DNA of 42,555 bases from Nitrosopumilus sp. (GCA_041603475.1 JBFIEJ010000001.1:1-42555); one strand, 5' to 3'. Positions 1 to 9,934 are shown, counted from the stretch's first letter. The notes: generated from the sequence alone by a model not told the origin. Numbers and translations: made by a program.

Positions 1-801
1 ATACAATTTTAGAATTCCAACAACGGGAATTCCAACATACATTCCAATATTTAGTAAAATCAGAGATATTCCATATCCAAGCATTTCATGCTCTGAATCA
101 ATCTCAACATGATTCAATAATGATAATGATGATAACATTGGAGTTAGTGATACTTTGATGATTTCTTTGAAAAATGGGTGTTCCCTTTCAAAATCAGCTA
201 CTGCTGGTGAAAATGAATAGTAAAACTGATTGAATGTGCTCATAAATGCAATTCCTGAATTAGTCTGAAGAATTGTATTGTCTCTAATTTCTCTTAGTTG
301 TTGAACTTGTGGTGCCAACTCAGAACCAAATGTTGCAGTTGCAATTAAACATCCACCATTTTCTTCATTTATTTCATTATTAGTTGGTGGAGATGGTTGT
401 GCATGAGCCTCTCCTACTGAAATATCAAAAGAAACTATTTCTGTTGGAATTGGACTAAACAAAATCCCCTCTACTTCAACATTCATTGAATATATTCCGT
501 CACCACGATTAAAATCAATTGGAATTTTTACTTCACCTTCAGATGTATGAATTAAATTAGTTGGTCCAAAAACAGTTTCACCATCTTTTGAAACTGCTAC
601 TGAATAATCAATATGTACTTGTGTTTTTTGTGTTTGCGGATTAATGAATTCAATATTCATTTTAGTTAAAACATTTGGTTCAATTTCATCATAAGTTAAT
701 TTAACATCTAATGTTCCTTTATCTGTAGGTAATGTTTGTGTTTCAGCAAAAACAGGTACTATCAACAATGGAATTAAAAATAATGCAAAAATAATTTTCA
801 T
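1..801 (-). CDS. Secreted/surface protein with CFI-box-CTERM-like C-terminal domain (3' end runs off the window)
   Basis: Not in the ORF track. Manual translation from ATG at 801: signal peptide MKIIFALFLIPLLIVPVFA, later NGGCLIATATFGSELAPQVQQLREIRDN...FYYSFSP and a hydrophobic C-terminal segment; open to base 1. Confidence 0.85.
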   Translation of the reverse strand, partial: MKIIFALFLIPLLIVPVFAETQTLPTDKGTLDVKLTYDEIEPNVLTKMNIEFINPQTQKTQVHIDYSVAVSKDGETVFGPTNLIHTSEGEVKIPIDFNRGDGIYSMNVEVEGILFSPIPTEIVSFDISVGEAHAQPSPPTNNEINEENGGCLIATATFGSELAPQVQQLREIRDNTILQTNSGIAFMSTFNQFYYSFSPAVADFEREHPFFKEIIKVSLTPMLSSLSLLNHVEIDSEHEMLGYGISLILLNIGMYVGIPVVGILKLY

Positions 802-865
802 AACAAATCTCTTATTTTGATGAATAAAAATTAATCTTTGTTTTCTTACTGAAAAAAATTATCAC

Positions 866-894
866 GCATAGAAATGCTATGCCAGCTTTAAATA
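866..894 (+). promoter_or_regulatory. Palindrome GCATAG-N5-CTATGC followed by TATA box TTTAAATA
   Basis: Inverted repeat 866-882; TATA 887-894 lies about 25 nt before the TTG at 917, consistent with a leaderless archaeal promoter. Confidence 0.45.
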
Positions 895-916
895 TGGAAT
901 TAACATAATTTTAACA

Positions 917-2611
917 TTGTACAATAAGTTGTTTCTACTACTTTCTCTAATTGGTATTTTTACAATTCCTGCATTAATTCCAGATGCATTTGGACATGGA
1001 CTTGGTGGAGATCAAGCTGAGCCACTAAGTTTTGGAGATATGGAAGTTACAGTCAGTACACAATTGAGTCCATCTGATATTACAGTTGGTGATATAAAGT
1101 CTGCAAATATGCAAATTCGTTTCTTTGATACTTTGACTGATAAAAATCTCGACAAAGTAACATACAGAATAGAAGTTTGGCAAAGTGGTGAGCTTTTAGC
1201 TAGAAATTTGTTTTATGACTTGGATGGAAGACTAGATGTAAAAATTAAACCAAAAGCTGATTGTAATAAAGTTCCAATAGAAAAATGCTCAATTTATGGT
1301 GGTTCAGAGCATGTAAGTGCCCCTGGTGCACTATTTGTACAAGGTGCAGAATGTACTGATGAAAATTTAGATATTTGTGCTAGACCATCAATTACTGGTC
1401 CAATATTTGTTAAAGGTGGATTATACAAAATAAGAGTTGACATTGAAGCCGCAACTAGTCCAAAAACTGTCCTTGCTAATTTACTGAGTTATGAAACTTT
1501 TGTAAGTGTTGCACAAGAGCAAAACTTTTTCTTCAAGACTGCAAATGCTGAAGAAGTTCCAGTAGTTATTAAAACATACTATGATGATGTTGATAATTTT
1601 AAATTTGATCAAAAAGATAATTCAATTTCATTTGATATGCCTTTTGATTGGAGTCCAGACTATGTAGACCTGGTTCAAGTTGTACATGAAGAAGTACGAG
1701 TACCAAAAACATTTACTCCATATGCAGAAGGCAAACAATTCAAAGGATATGTTAATGGTGTAGAGATTGATCAAAGGGCATTACTAAATGATCCCTATTC
1801 ATATGATGACACTAACATTGTTCATTTTCTAATTACTAAAAATGAATTACAAAAAATTAATGAAAAATTAGGTCCTGATAATTATGATAATAAAAAAATG
1901 GATTTGAAATTAGTTCCATTAAAAGAAACATCAAAAAGTTCTACAGAATTTTATCTTGTTGACTCCAAAAACTTTGAACAAGTTCCAACAACTGTGAATA
2001 TTTCATGGGATGGAAAATATGGTGCTAATCAAGAAATACCATTTGAGATTACATTCTTTAATGAAAATCGAAATCTAATCAAAGATGTTAGATATGGATA
2101 TGCAGTACTAGATGAACAAGGAAACAAAATTGCTGAAAACCTAGGAGATGATCCAATGGGTCCAGGAATTCTTTCAATAGAAGGATTGGATGTACAAAGA
2201 ATTTTTGTTCCATCTGAAGGTCAAATTAGATTAGATCTTTGGGTATATGGAACTGGTATAGAATATAATCCAAAATATGCAGGAATTGGCTCATCAATTA
2301 TTGAAATAGGACCAGGTAGTCCACTAGTAACTGAAACACAACAAATTCCATCATGGATAAAAAATAATGCAGGCTGGTGGGCAGATGGTTCCATAGATGA
2401 TAACTCCTTTGTTCAAGGTATTCAATATCTAATTAAAGAAAACATAATGAAAATTCCTCCAACCACACAAGGAATTGGTTCTAGTAATGAAATCCCTGCA
2501 TGGATAAAAAATAATGCAGGCTGGTGGGCAGATGGTTCCATAGATGATAACTCCTTTGTTCAAGGTATTCAATATCTGATCAAAGAAGGAATTATGAAAA
2601 TCCAATCATAG
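917..2611 (+). CDS. Secreted thaumarchaeal surface protein with two Trp-rich C-terminal repeats
   Basis: 564 aa; signal peptide ending DAFG-HG; two copies of [32 protein letters not shown]. Confidence 0.85.
   Translation: MYNKLFLLLSLIGIFTIPALIPDAFGHGLGGDQAEPLSFGDMEVTVSTQLSPSDITVGDIKSANMQIRFFDTLTDKNLDKVTYRIEVWQSGELLARNLFYDLDGRLDVKIKPKADCNKVPIEKCSIYGGSEHVSAPGALFVQGAECTDENLDICARPSITGPIFVKGGLYKIRVDIEAATSPKTVLANLLSYETFVSVAQEQNFFFKTANAEEVPVVIKTYYDDVDNFKFDQKDNSISFDMPFDWSPDYVDLVQVVHEEVRVPKTFTPYAEGKQFKGYVNGVEIDQRALLNDPYSYDDTNIVHFLITKNELQKINEKLGPDNYDNKKMDLKLVPLKETSKSSTEFYLVDSKNFEQVPTTVNISWDGKYGANQEIPFEITFFNENRNLIKDVRYGYAVLDEQGNKIAENLGDDPMGPGILSIEGLDVQRIFVPSEGQIRLDLWVYGTGIEYNPKYAGIGSSIIEIGPGSPLVTETQQIPSWIKNNAGWWADGSIDDNSFVQGIQYLIKENIMKIPPTTQGIGSSNEIPAWIKNNAGWWADGSIDDNSFVQGIQYLIKEGIMKIQS
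2352..2577 (+). repeat. Identical 79-bp direct repeat (2352-2430 and 2499-2577)
   Basis: catggataaaaaataatgcagg...ttcaatatct occurs twice, 147 bp apart, encoding the Trp-rich repeats. Confidence 0.95.
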
Positions 2612-2644
2612 ATTTTTAAACTGTTTTTGTTAAGTGATTGTATC

Positions 2645-2851
2645 ATGAAAGACATCAATGACATCATGCCTAAAGTTCCAAACATGAAGTGGGGAGCCTT
2701 GATGAATAGACCTCCAACTAATGATAAAGTTGAGGAAATGAATAAAATTTTCCCTAGTAATGGTAAATGGCATACTGTGTTTGAAGAAAAAGATATGATA
2801 ACAATTGATGGAAAAGAAATTCGAAAAAAAGATCCAAATAAGTGGACCTAG
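2645..2851 (+). CDS. Small hypothetical protein (68 aa)
   Basis: ATG at 2645; fills the gap between two co-oriented genes and stops 1 nt before the next ATG. Confidence 0.7.
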   Translation: MKDINDIMPKVPNMKWGALMNRPPTNDKVEEMNKIFPSNGKWHTVFEEKDMITIDGKEIRKKDPNKWT

Positions 2852-2852
2852 C

Positions 2853-4409
2853 ATGAATTATCTCTCCTTATTTGCTCTGTTAATTTTCTCTTCATTGTTT
2901 GTATTTGCATTCAATGATGCATATGGACATGGAGTAGGTAGCGAAACTTTTCCTCCAGTTGAACTTGATGGGAAACTTGTCTCATTAGAACTTTCATCTT
3001 CAAAAAATGATCCTAAAACAAATGATGATCAACAAATCTCTATCTCATTAATTGACTTTAACTCTAAAATTACATTGCGCGATGTCACATTTCTAATCAA
3101 AGCTGAACGTGGTGAAACATTTCTTTTTGAAAAAGAATTCAAAGCTGATAATGGTTTTCTAGTTTTTAATTTTGTATCTGAAGATACTGAATCTGTAATT
3201 GTGGAAGAAGAAAATGGTAATGGTTTCTTTGGATCACTAATTGGAATAGAAAGCAGAATGATTCATGTTAAAGGACCAAGACTAAGCGAAGGAGGTCTTT
3301 ACAAGTTTGATATCCAAATTCTTACTGTAGATGGCTATGATAAAAAATTAAAAGATCCACTTGAGTACAATGCAGGAATATCAATTGCCCAAACCTCTAG
3401 GCATGATTTTATTGATCCAAATTTTGGAGAACAAAATATTCATGTAATTACATACTATGATAAAATTTCAGATTTTAATTACGATTCAATTTCTAAGGAA
3501 ATTAGTTTTTTTATGCCATTTGAGTGGAGTGAATCTAACATTAATCAAACCTCAGTTGTACATGAAGAACTTATAATCCCAAAAAAATTTGGCGATTTAC
3601 TAGTTTCGGGATTTACAATGTATGTCAATGGGGTAAAACTATCTGAAGATATTGTAAACATTGATGATTTTTTTTCTGATGGAAGAATTGTTCATTTTAT
3701 TATATATCAAAAAGAGTTATTGAAAATTTTTGATGATAATAAAAATCAAAATGGAATGAACTTCTTGATAAAACCTGATAGAGATTACACCCATCTTAGC
3801 TCAGTTACTGATAACGGACAATTTAGAATTCTTGTATCATGGGAGCCTGAAAATCTCAAATCAAACTCTAAGGCTAAAATAATTTTTGATATTACTGATA
3901 TTTTCTTAAAGAATAAACTTGTATCTACAAATTATGACTTTTCAGTAACTCAAAACAATAAAGTAATTTTTGAGCAAAGTGGGATTAGTACCAATGTTAA
4001 AGATGAACATAACATTATAGAATTTACAATACCGGAAAATATTTCAGGAATTGTACATCTTAATTTCAAAAATTTAGATAATAACAATCTTGCAAAGACA
4101 TCTTTTCCAATTGTAATTAATAGAGTCTCTACTAACATTGAAATTTTAATACCTGAATGGATTAGAAACAATGCATTATGGTGGTCTGAAGAGCAAATTG
4201 ATGATAATACTTTCATTCAAGGAATTGAATATTTAATTAAAAATGAAATACTTGTAATTCCTAAAACTCAACAGGAGTCATCAGAATCACAAACAATTCC
4301 TGCGTGGATTAGAAACAATGCAGGCTGGTGGGCTGCTGGAGAAATTGATAACAAAACCTTTGTTCAGGGTTTGGAATTTTTAATTCAAAAAGGAATTATT
4401 CGTGTATAA
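2853..4409 (+). CDS. Secreted surface protein, paralogue of 917-2611
   Basis: Start moved to ATG 2853 (MNYLSLF signal peptide ending DAYG-HG). Shares GGLYK, TYYD, MPFxWS, VVHEE and IVHF motifs and two Trp-rich C-terminal repeats. Confidence 0.85.
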   Translation: MNYLSLFALLIFSSLFVFAFNDAYGHGVGSETFPPVELDGKLVSLELSSSKNDPKTNDDQQISISLIDFNSKITLRDVTFLIKAERGETFLFEKEFKADNGFLVFNFVSEDTESVIVEEENGNGFFGSLIGIESRMIHVKGPRLSEGGLYKFDIQILTVDGYDKKLKDPLEYNAGISIAQTSRHDFIDPNFGEQNIHVITYYDKISDFNYDSISKEISFFMPFEWSESNINQTSVVHEELIIPKKFGDLLVSGFTMYVNGVKLSEDIVNIDDFFSDGRIVHFIIYQKELLKIFDDNKNQNGMNFLIKPDRDYTHLSSVTDNGQFRILVSWEPENLKSNSKAKIIFDITDIFLKNKLVSTNYDFSVTQNNKVIFEQSGISTNVKDEHNIIEFTIPENISGIVHLNFKNLDNNNLAKTSFPIVINRVSTNIEILIPEWIRNNALWWSEEQIDDNTFIQGIEYLIKNEILVIPKTQQESSESQTIPAWIRNNAGWWAAGEIDNKTFVQGLEFLIQKGIIRV

Positions 4410-4423
4410 GATTCTAATATATC

Positions 4424-5653
4424 ATGAAAAAAATGTTTAAATTTTTGATATTTGTATTTGGATTTTTACTTTATGCCTCACTATTTACAGAATTCTCCTT
4501 TGCCGATGTCTATATTCCTGACAATGAGTATTTGGGATATTTTGATTCACATGGAATCTATACAGTTGTTGGAAATGTAAAAAATGAAAATAATTTTGGA
4601 ATAATTCCCACCATTTCAGTTTCAATAATTGACGGTACTGAAATTGTCACAAAAAAATTTAAACATGTTCCATTGAGTCCTCAGAATGAAATTCCATTTA
4701 AAATAAAATTTAATGAATTAAAGAGCAATACGCCAATTCTTATGACTCCGGAAATACTGTTTGAGAAAACAATACATCATAATGTTCCTATTCAAATCCT
4801 TTATGACCAGACACTTGTAAAACATAATGATGGTCATATTACTGGTAGAATTCAGAATACAGGAGACAATACTATACACTATCCCAAAATTTATGCTGTA
4901 ATTCATGGTTATGAACTAGTTTTAGATATTACTCAAAACATTGAATTCATTGAAAAAATTGAGCCAGGGGAAATACTTGATTTTTCGATGTATCCTGATC
5001 CATCAATTACTGATGATATTTTTTACTACAGCTGCTTTGCACCAGTTGATACAACAGTAATACCTATCACTACAAAGAAGAATGGAGAAAATTTTGATTT
5101 TAGATATGATTCAGGCGCTTGGTATTCAAATGCTAAATTTGATGATGATGGAACAATTCTAACACTTCAAGGATACAATAGCTACCCTATTGAAACTTAT
5201 GCAAATTTTGAATTTCCACCAATTTCAGGTAATGAAAAATTTGATGTAACAATTAATGGCGAACCAATAGATTTTATCCAAAGTCTTGATGAAATGGGGC
5301 AATGGCATGTTGCATTCATTGTTGATCCACAATCTCAAGGTGTTGTTAAAATTACAGGTTTTGAAAAAGGATTACCTCCAGAATTTTCAAAAATTCCAAA
5401 TTGGATTAAAGTAAATGCAGATTGGTGGTCAACAGATCAAATCTCTGACATTGAATTTCTTGAAGGAATAGATTTTCTATTTGAGAAACAAATTTTTTCA
5501 ATAGAAAAACCAGCTGACACAAATCAATTACAATGGATGATACCTACTTGGGTAAAGATTTCTGCAAAATGGTGGATAGATGATCAAATCTCTGATGATG
5601 AATTTCTCAATATAATTGAAAATCTTGTTAAAAGAAAAATAATTGTAATTTGA
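4424..5653 (+). CDS. Secreted surface protein with Trp-rich C-terminal repeats
   Basis: Signal peptide; two GxVxN/GxIxN beta-sandwich-like segments; IPNWIKVNADWW and IPTWVKISAKWW repeats. Confidence 0.8.
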   Translation: MKKMFKFLIFVFGFLLYASLFTEFSFADVYIPDNEYLGYFDSHGIYTVVGNVKNENNFGIIPTISVSIIDGTEIVTKKFKHVPLSPQNEIPFKIKFNELKSNTPILMTPEILFEKTIHHNVPIQILYDQTLVKHNDGHITGRIQNTGDNTIHYPKIYAVIHGYELVLDITQNIEFIEKIEPGEILDFSMYPDPSITDDIFYYSCFAPVDTTVIPITTKKNGENFDFRYDSGAWYSNAKFDDDGTILTLQGYNSYPIETYANFEFPPISGNEKFDVTINGEPIDFIQSLDEMGQWHVAFIVDPQSQGVVKITGFEKGLPPEFSKIPNWIKVNADWWSTDQISDIEFLEGIDFLFEKQIFSIEKPADTNQLQWMIPTWVKISAKWWIDDQISDDEFLNIIENLVKRKIIVI

Positions 5654-5717
5654 TTCCTTCTCTAATTTTACTCCTGAAAAATCTTATTATATAATTTCAA
5701 ATCAAATTAGTTATCTA

Positions 5718-6494
5718 ATGCTTCCCCTAAGAGATGAAAATCCACATCCACCAGGTTTCAAACCGATTGTAACTTATGGATTAATCATCGCTAATGTAAT
5801 TGTATTTTTTTTCGAGGTAGCAGTTACTGGTCAATTCTTTGATTTTACAAATCAAAATGCATTTGCTCTCTTTTACAATTGGGGTGCTGTTCCAAATTGT
5901 GTGATGGGTGCAAATGTATTGAACATTAACTTTGGTTCTGGTCCAATTCAGATAGCATGTCCTGCTGAACCATACATCTCTTTACTTACATCAACATTTT
6001 TGCATGGTGGCTTACTTCATCTAGGAGGAAACATGTTGTTTCTCTGGATATTTGGAGACAACATCGAGCAAAAATTTGGAAAGATCAAGTATTTGGGAAT
6101 TTATTTAATGTGGGGAGTAATGGCAGGATTGATTCACATAGCTGGTGATACGAACAGTGTAATCCCAGCAGTTGGAGCATCAGGTGCTATCTCTGGAGTT
6201 TTGGGAGCATATCTAGTAATTTTTCCAAGAACTAGAATTCAGACTTTCTTAATGTTAGGCTTCTTTTGGAGAATGATGCACATTCAGGCAAGATGGTTTT
6301 TGCCTTTCTGGTTAGTCTTTCAGAATTTACTTCCATTTTTTGTAGGAGGGTTTGGTATTGCAGGTGATGGTGTTGCATATCTTGCACATATTGGAGGATT
6401 TGTTGTTGGATTAGCTACTGGATATATCTACAAAAAAACACATCGTTCTGATTTTATGTATGGAACACGTTATGGTTATCGTCCAGATTATTGA
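5718..6494 (+). CDS. Rhomboid family intramembrane serine protease
   Basis: FLHGGLLHLGGNMLFLW, catalytic GASG serine, AHIGG histidine, multiple TM segments. Confidence 0.95.
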   Translation: MLPLRDENPHPPGFKPIVTYGLIIANVIVFFFEVAVTGQFFDFTNQNAFALFYNWGAVPNCVMGANVLNINFGSGPIQIACPAEPYISLLTSTFLHGGLLHLGGNMLFLWIFGDNIEQKFGKIKYLGIYLMWGVMAGLIHIAGDTNSVIPAVGASGAISGVLGAYLVIFPRTRIQTFLMLGFFWRMMHIQARWFLPFWLVFQNLLPFFVGGFGIAGDGVAYLAHIGGFVVGLATGYIYKKTHRSDFMYGTRYGYRPDY

Positions 6495-6527
6495 AAGCAT
6501 AAATCACCGCATCTATTTTTAATTGAC

Positions 6528-6704
6528 ATGCCATTGATTACAGTCTCAATGTATCCTGGAAGAACACAGGAACAAAAAGATGAATATGCAAAAGCTATCA
6601 CAAAATCAGCAGTAGAGATTCTAAAAACTAAAGAAAGTCATGTAATTGTTGTTTTTGAAGATAATCCAAAAGAAAATTGGTTTCTAGCTGGGAAACAATT
6701 GTAA
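6528..6704 (+). CDS. 4-oxalocrotonate tautomerase family protein (58 aa)
   Basis: Not in the ORF track. MPLITVSMYPGRTQEQKDEYAKAITKSAVEILKTKESHVIVVFEDNPKENWFLAGKQL, with catalytic Pro-1 and the GRTxEQK motif. Confidence 0.92.
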   Translation: MPLITVSMYPGRTQEQKDEYAKAITKSAVEILKTKESHVIVVFEDNPKENWFLAGKQL

Positions 6705-6743
6705 ATTCAGTATATTAGAAATCCAGTTTTTTATTATTTTATT

Positions 6744-6815
6744 AAAAAGATTGGGCCAAAATGCCCAATCCTTGGACGATGGTAAACTAGCAGGTGACTC
6801 CTAAAGTAATACCAA
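6744..6815 (-). ncRNA. Candidate small structured RNA
   Basis: Minus-strand TTTTATA at 6842-6836, an interrupted hairpin (TGGTA...TACCA), a perfect 8-bp hairpin GATTGGGC/GCCCAATC, then TTTTT. Confidence 0.4.
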
Positions 6816-7015
6816 TAATTATTTTCAAGATTTTGTATAAAAGAGAATAGTAGGAATCATCAGTATGATCTAAATACTAATTTCAAAAACAATATTCAAT
6901 TGGAACTGTCACCAAACAACTAATCGTTGCTGGTCTTAAGTTCCAGGCTTTATAATTCAGACAATTTCAGTTTGTTCTTGTACATTTTGTTTATGCTTTT
7001 ATTCTCAATCACTTT

Positions 7016-7831
7016 ATGAGTTTCATGAAAGCAGCACTAGTACAATTCAAAGCATCAACAAAGAAAGAAAATAATCTAAAAAAAATCATTTCATACATAG
7101 TAAAAGCCGCTTCAAAGAAAGCGTCACTATGTGCCTTCCCAGAATTTATGATGTTTTACACAAATTCATCACAGTCGCCAAAACAATTAGCAAATGAGGC
7201 TGAAGAAATTAATGGAAATTTTGTTTCAAGCATTGCAAAGTCTGCAAAAGAAAATCATATTCAAGTTGTAGGTTCATTTTATGAGAAGAGCGGAAAGAAA
7301 GATCGTGTATATGATACTTCATTTGTAATTGATAAAACTGGAAAGGTTATCTCTACATATCGAAAAATTCATCTTTATGATGCATTAGGTTTTAGAGAAT
7401 CCGATAAAATGACATCAGGCTCAAAAATTGCAAAGCCTGTAAAGACTAGCATAGGTAAAATTGGAATGATGATCTGTTATGATTTAAGATTTCCAGAAAT
7501 GTCACGTGCATTAGCAGTTGCAGGCTCTGAGATATTGATCGCACCATCTGCATGGGTTAAAGGTGACATGAAAGAAGAACATTGGATTACAATTAACAAA
7601 ACACGTGCAATTGAGAATGGCTGCTATGTAATTGCACCTGATCAAGTAGGAAATATCTACTGTGGAAGAAGTCTTGTAGTTGATCCATATGGAAAAGTTC
7701 TACTTGATATGAAAAAGAAGCAAGGAATTGGTTTTGTAAATATAGATTTGAATAAGGTAAAACAAACACGCAAAGTTTTACCCTTGTTAAAAAATAGAAG
7801 AACAGATATCTATCCTACTTTGAAGGTTTGA
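7016..7831 (+). CDS. Carbon-nitrogen hydrolase (nitrilase superfamily, Nit1/YbeM-like)
   Basis: Glu-Lys-Cys triad motifs FPE, YRKIHL and ICYDLRFPE; RAIEN. Confidence 0.95.
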   Translation: MSFMKAALVQFKASTKKENNLKKIISYIVKAASKKASLCAFPEFMMFYTNSSQSPKQLANEAEEINGNFVSSIAKSAKENHIQVVGSFYEKSGKKDRVYDTSFVIDKTGKVISTYRKIHLYDALGFRESDKMTSGSKIAKPVKTSIGKIGMMICYDLRFPEMSRALAVAGSEILIAPSAWVKGDMKEEHWITINKTRAIENGCYVIAPDQVGNIYCGRSLVVDPYGKVLLDMKKKQGIGFVNIDLNKVKQTRKVLPLLKNRRTDIYPTLKV

Positions 7832-8282
7832 CTATTCTAGAACCACAAGTAAAGTTAGAGCATTGTTTAGTCCATTTTTGATTTCTTGAATATCTAAAAA
7901 TTATCATAGGCCACTTGCACACTTCACATGGCTTTTTTGTTGCCCTTAGTCGTGCTTTTTGTAATAGTGGTGATGATGCCTTGCACCCTCCATAATAATT
8001 TGAACAACCCATGAATCTTTTTCTTGTTGTTCTGGATCTAATTACCATTAATTCCCCAAGTTTGCATTGGGGACAAGGAACTAGTCCGTTTTTTGGAGAA
8101 TTTGTTCCAAGAATCATATATTTTTTATTTTTTGACGACCAAGAAAGAAACCCATTACTATCAAGATACTGAATTATCTCTTTTTTGAAAACACTAGTTT
8201 TTGACTTTGAAGATTTTACAGTATGTCTAATTACTGTCTTTTTGATCTGGACGGATTGTAGACTTGATTTCTTTGCCGGCAT
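7815..8282 (-). CDS. Stand-alone topoisomerase IA-type C4 zinc-ribbon protein
   Basis: CPQCKLGELM...RFMGCSNYYGGC plus a second CEVC...CSNFTC ribbon; basic N-terminus. Confidence 0.8.
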   Translation of the reverse strand: MPAKKSSLQSVQIKKTVIRHTVKSSKSKTSVFKKEIIQYLDSNGFLSWSSKNKKYMILGTNSPKNGLVPCPQCKLGELMVIRSRTTRKRFMGCSNYYGGCKASSPLLQKARLRATKKPCEVCKWPMIIFRYSRNQKWTKQCSNFTCGSRIVKPSK

Positions 8283-8330
8283 TTTTCTATGATGATTTTA
8301 CTAAAACGATTTTTATAGGGAACTGGGTCA

Positions 8331-9494
8331 GTGACATTTGTGGAAAAGGTTTGCGTTCTTGGCGCAGGTAGCACCAAATATGGAAAATTAGCCGAAAGCA
8401 TTGCCGATATTACTACTCAGGCATCAGTTTCAGCCATAGAAAACGCAGGAATTGATCCAAAAGAGATTCAAGCATCCTACATATCAAACGTATTTGGAGT
8501 TGCAGACAAGCAGGTACACATTGGTCCTGTCTTGATGAGCAGATTAGGAATTCCCGATAAACCATCATTAACAATAGAATCAGCATGTGGTAGTGGTTCT
8601 GTATCCTTTAGAGAAGCATATGCAAATGTTGCAGCCGGCTTTTATGATTGTCTTGTAGTAACTGGAGTTGAAAAAGTAACTCATACAGGAACTGAATGGA
8701 CTACAACTTACTTTGCATATTGTTCAGACTTTTTCTATGAAGGTCAAGCTGGTGCATCATTTCCAGGTCTGTTTGCATCAATGGCAAGAGCTTACTTGAC
8801 AGAGTTTGATGCAACTGAAGAAGACTTTGCAAGAGTTGCAGTGAAAAACCATGATAACGGTTTTCTTAATCCTAAAGCACACATGCAAAAGAAAATTACA
8901 ATTGATGATGTAATGAAGTCACCTGTAGTTGCAAGTCCTCTTAAATTATATGATTGCTGTCCATTTTCTGATGGTGCAAGTTCAGTAATTTTATGTTCAG
9001 AAAAGTTTGCAAAAGAACACGGTGGTGAATACATCGAAGTAATTGGTTCTGGTAGAGGTGGTTCACCTGCTGCATTACAAGGACGTGAACACATGACAAC
9101 TATTCCAAGTACAAAGATTGCAGCAGAGGCTGCATACAAGATGGCAGGTGTTACTGCAAAAGATATTGACTTTGCAGAAGTACATGATTGCTTTACAATT
9201 GCAGAAGTAGTTGACACTGAAGACCTGGGATTCTTTGAAAAAGGAAAAGGTATTCAAGCTGTACGTGAAGAAAGAACAAAATTAAATTCCGATATTTCAA
9301 TTAATCCATCAGGTGGTCTTAAATCAAAAGGACATCCAATAGGAGCTACAGGTGTTGGACAAGTAGTAGAAGTATTTGACCAGCTAACTGGAAAAGCAGG
9401 TGAAAGAACTGTTAAAGATGCAAAAATTGGTTTAACTCATAACTTTGGCGCAACTGGTGCAAGTTGTGCAGTTCACATATTTCAAAGTGTGTAA
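8331..9494 (+). CDS. Acetyl-CoA acetyltransferase (archaeal thiolase)
   Basis: ESACGSG catalytic Cys, EVHDCF, NPSGGLKSKGHPIGATG. Confidence 0.95.
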   Translation: MTFVEKVCVLGAGSTKYGKLAESIADITTQASVSAIENAGIDPKEIQASYISNVFGVADKQVHIGPVLMSRLGIPDKPSLTIESACGSGSVSFREAYANVAAGFYDCLVVTGVEKVTHTGTEWTTTYFAYCSDFFYEGQAGASFPGLFASMARAYLTEFDATEEDFARVAVKNHDNGFLNPKAHMQKKITIDDVMKSPVVASPLKLYDCCPFSDGASSVILCSEKFAKEHGGEYIEVIGSGRGGSPAALQGREHMTTIPSTKIAAEAAYKMAGVTAKDIDFAEVHDCFTIAEVVDTEDLGFFEKGKGIQAVREERTKLNSDISINPSGGLKSKGHPIGATGVGQVVEVFDQLTGKAGERTVKDAKIGLTHNFGATGASCAVHIFQSV

Positions 9495-9495
9495 A

Positions 9496-9864
9496 ATGAC
9501 GATAGAAGAACAACTTATTCAATATGCTAAACAAGGCAAGCTATTAACTCACAAATGTACAGAGTGTGGATATCTTCATTTGTCAACTGCGTATTACTGC
9601 CTAAAATGTGGCAGCAAGGGATTTGAGGATGTTGTGTTAGATGGTGTAGGCTCTATTGCCACATATACCATAATTACAGTCGCTCCTGCAGGCTTTGAGA
9701 AATTTACCCCATATGCCTTTGTTGTACTTCAGCTAGATGATACACATTTACGAATATCTGGATTTATGGCAGGAATTGCTACTCCTGAGGATTTACCCGT
9801 TGGGACTAGGGCCAAAATTACAGGTTTTGAGGATGGTTGTGGAATCATCATTCAAAAGCAGTAA
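9496..9864 (+). CDS. DUF35 family Zn-ribbon/OB-fold protein (thiolase partner)
   Basis: ATG 9496 directly after the thiolase stop; CTECG...CLKCG followed by an OB fold; classic thiolase-DUF35 pairing. Confidence 0.9.
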   Translation: MTIEEQLIQYAKQGKLLTHKCTECGYLHLSTAYYCLKCGSKGFEDVVLDGVGSIATYTIITVAPAGFEKFTPYAFVVLQLDDTHLRISGFMAGIATPEDLPVGTRAKITGFEDGCGIIIQKQ

Positions 9865-9934
9865 AATTATTTGCTTGAATTATTAAAAAAAATCAAAATC
9901 GATTCTTAATTATTTTGTATAATTGATCACTTTC

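Noticed and set aside
6772-6806. GGACGATGG...TGACTCCTA resembles a fluoride (crcB) riboswitch
   Set aside because: The P1 partner and the GGAG/CTCC pseudoknot pairing are missing, and no fluoride-related gene follows.
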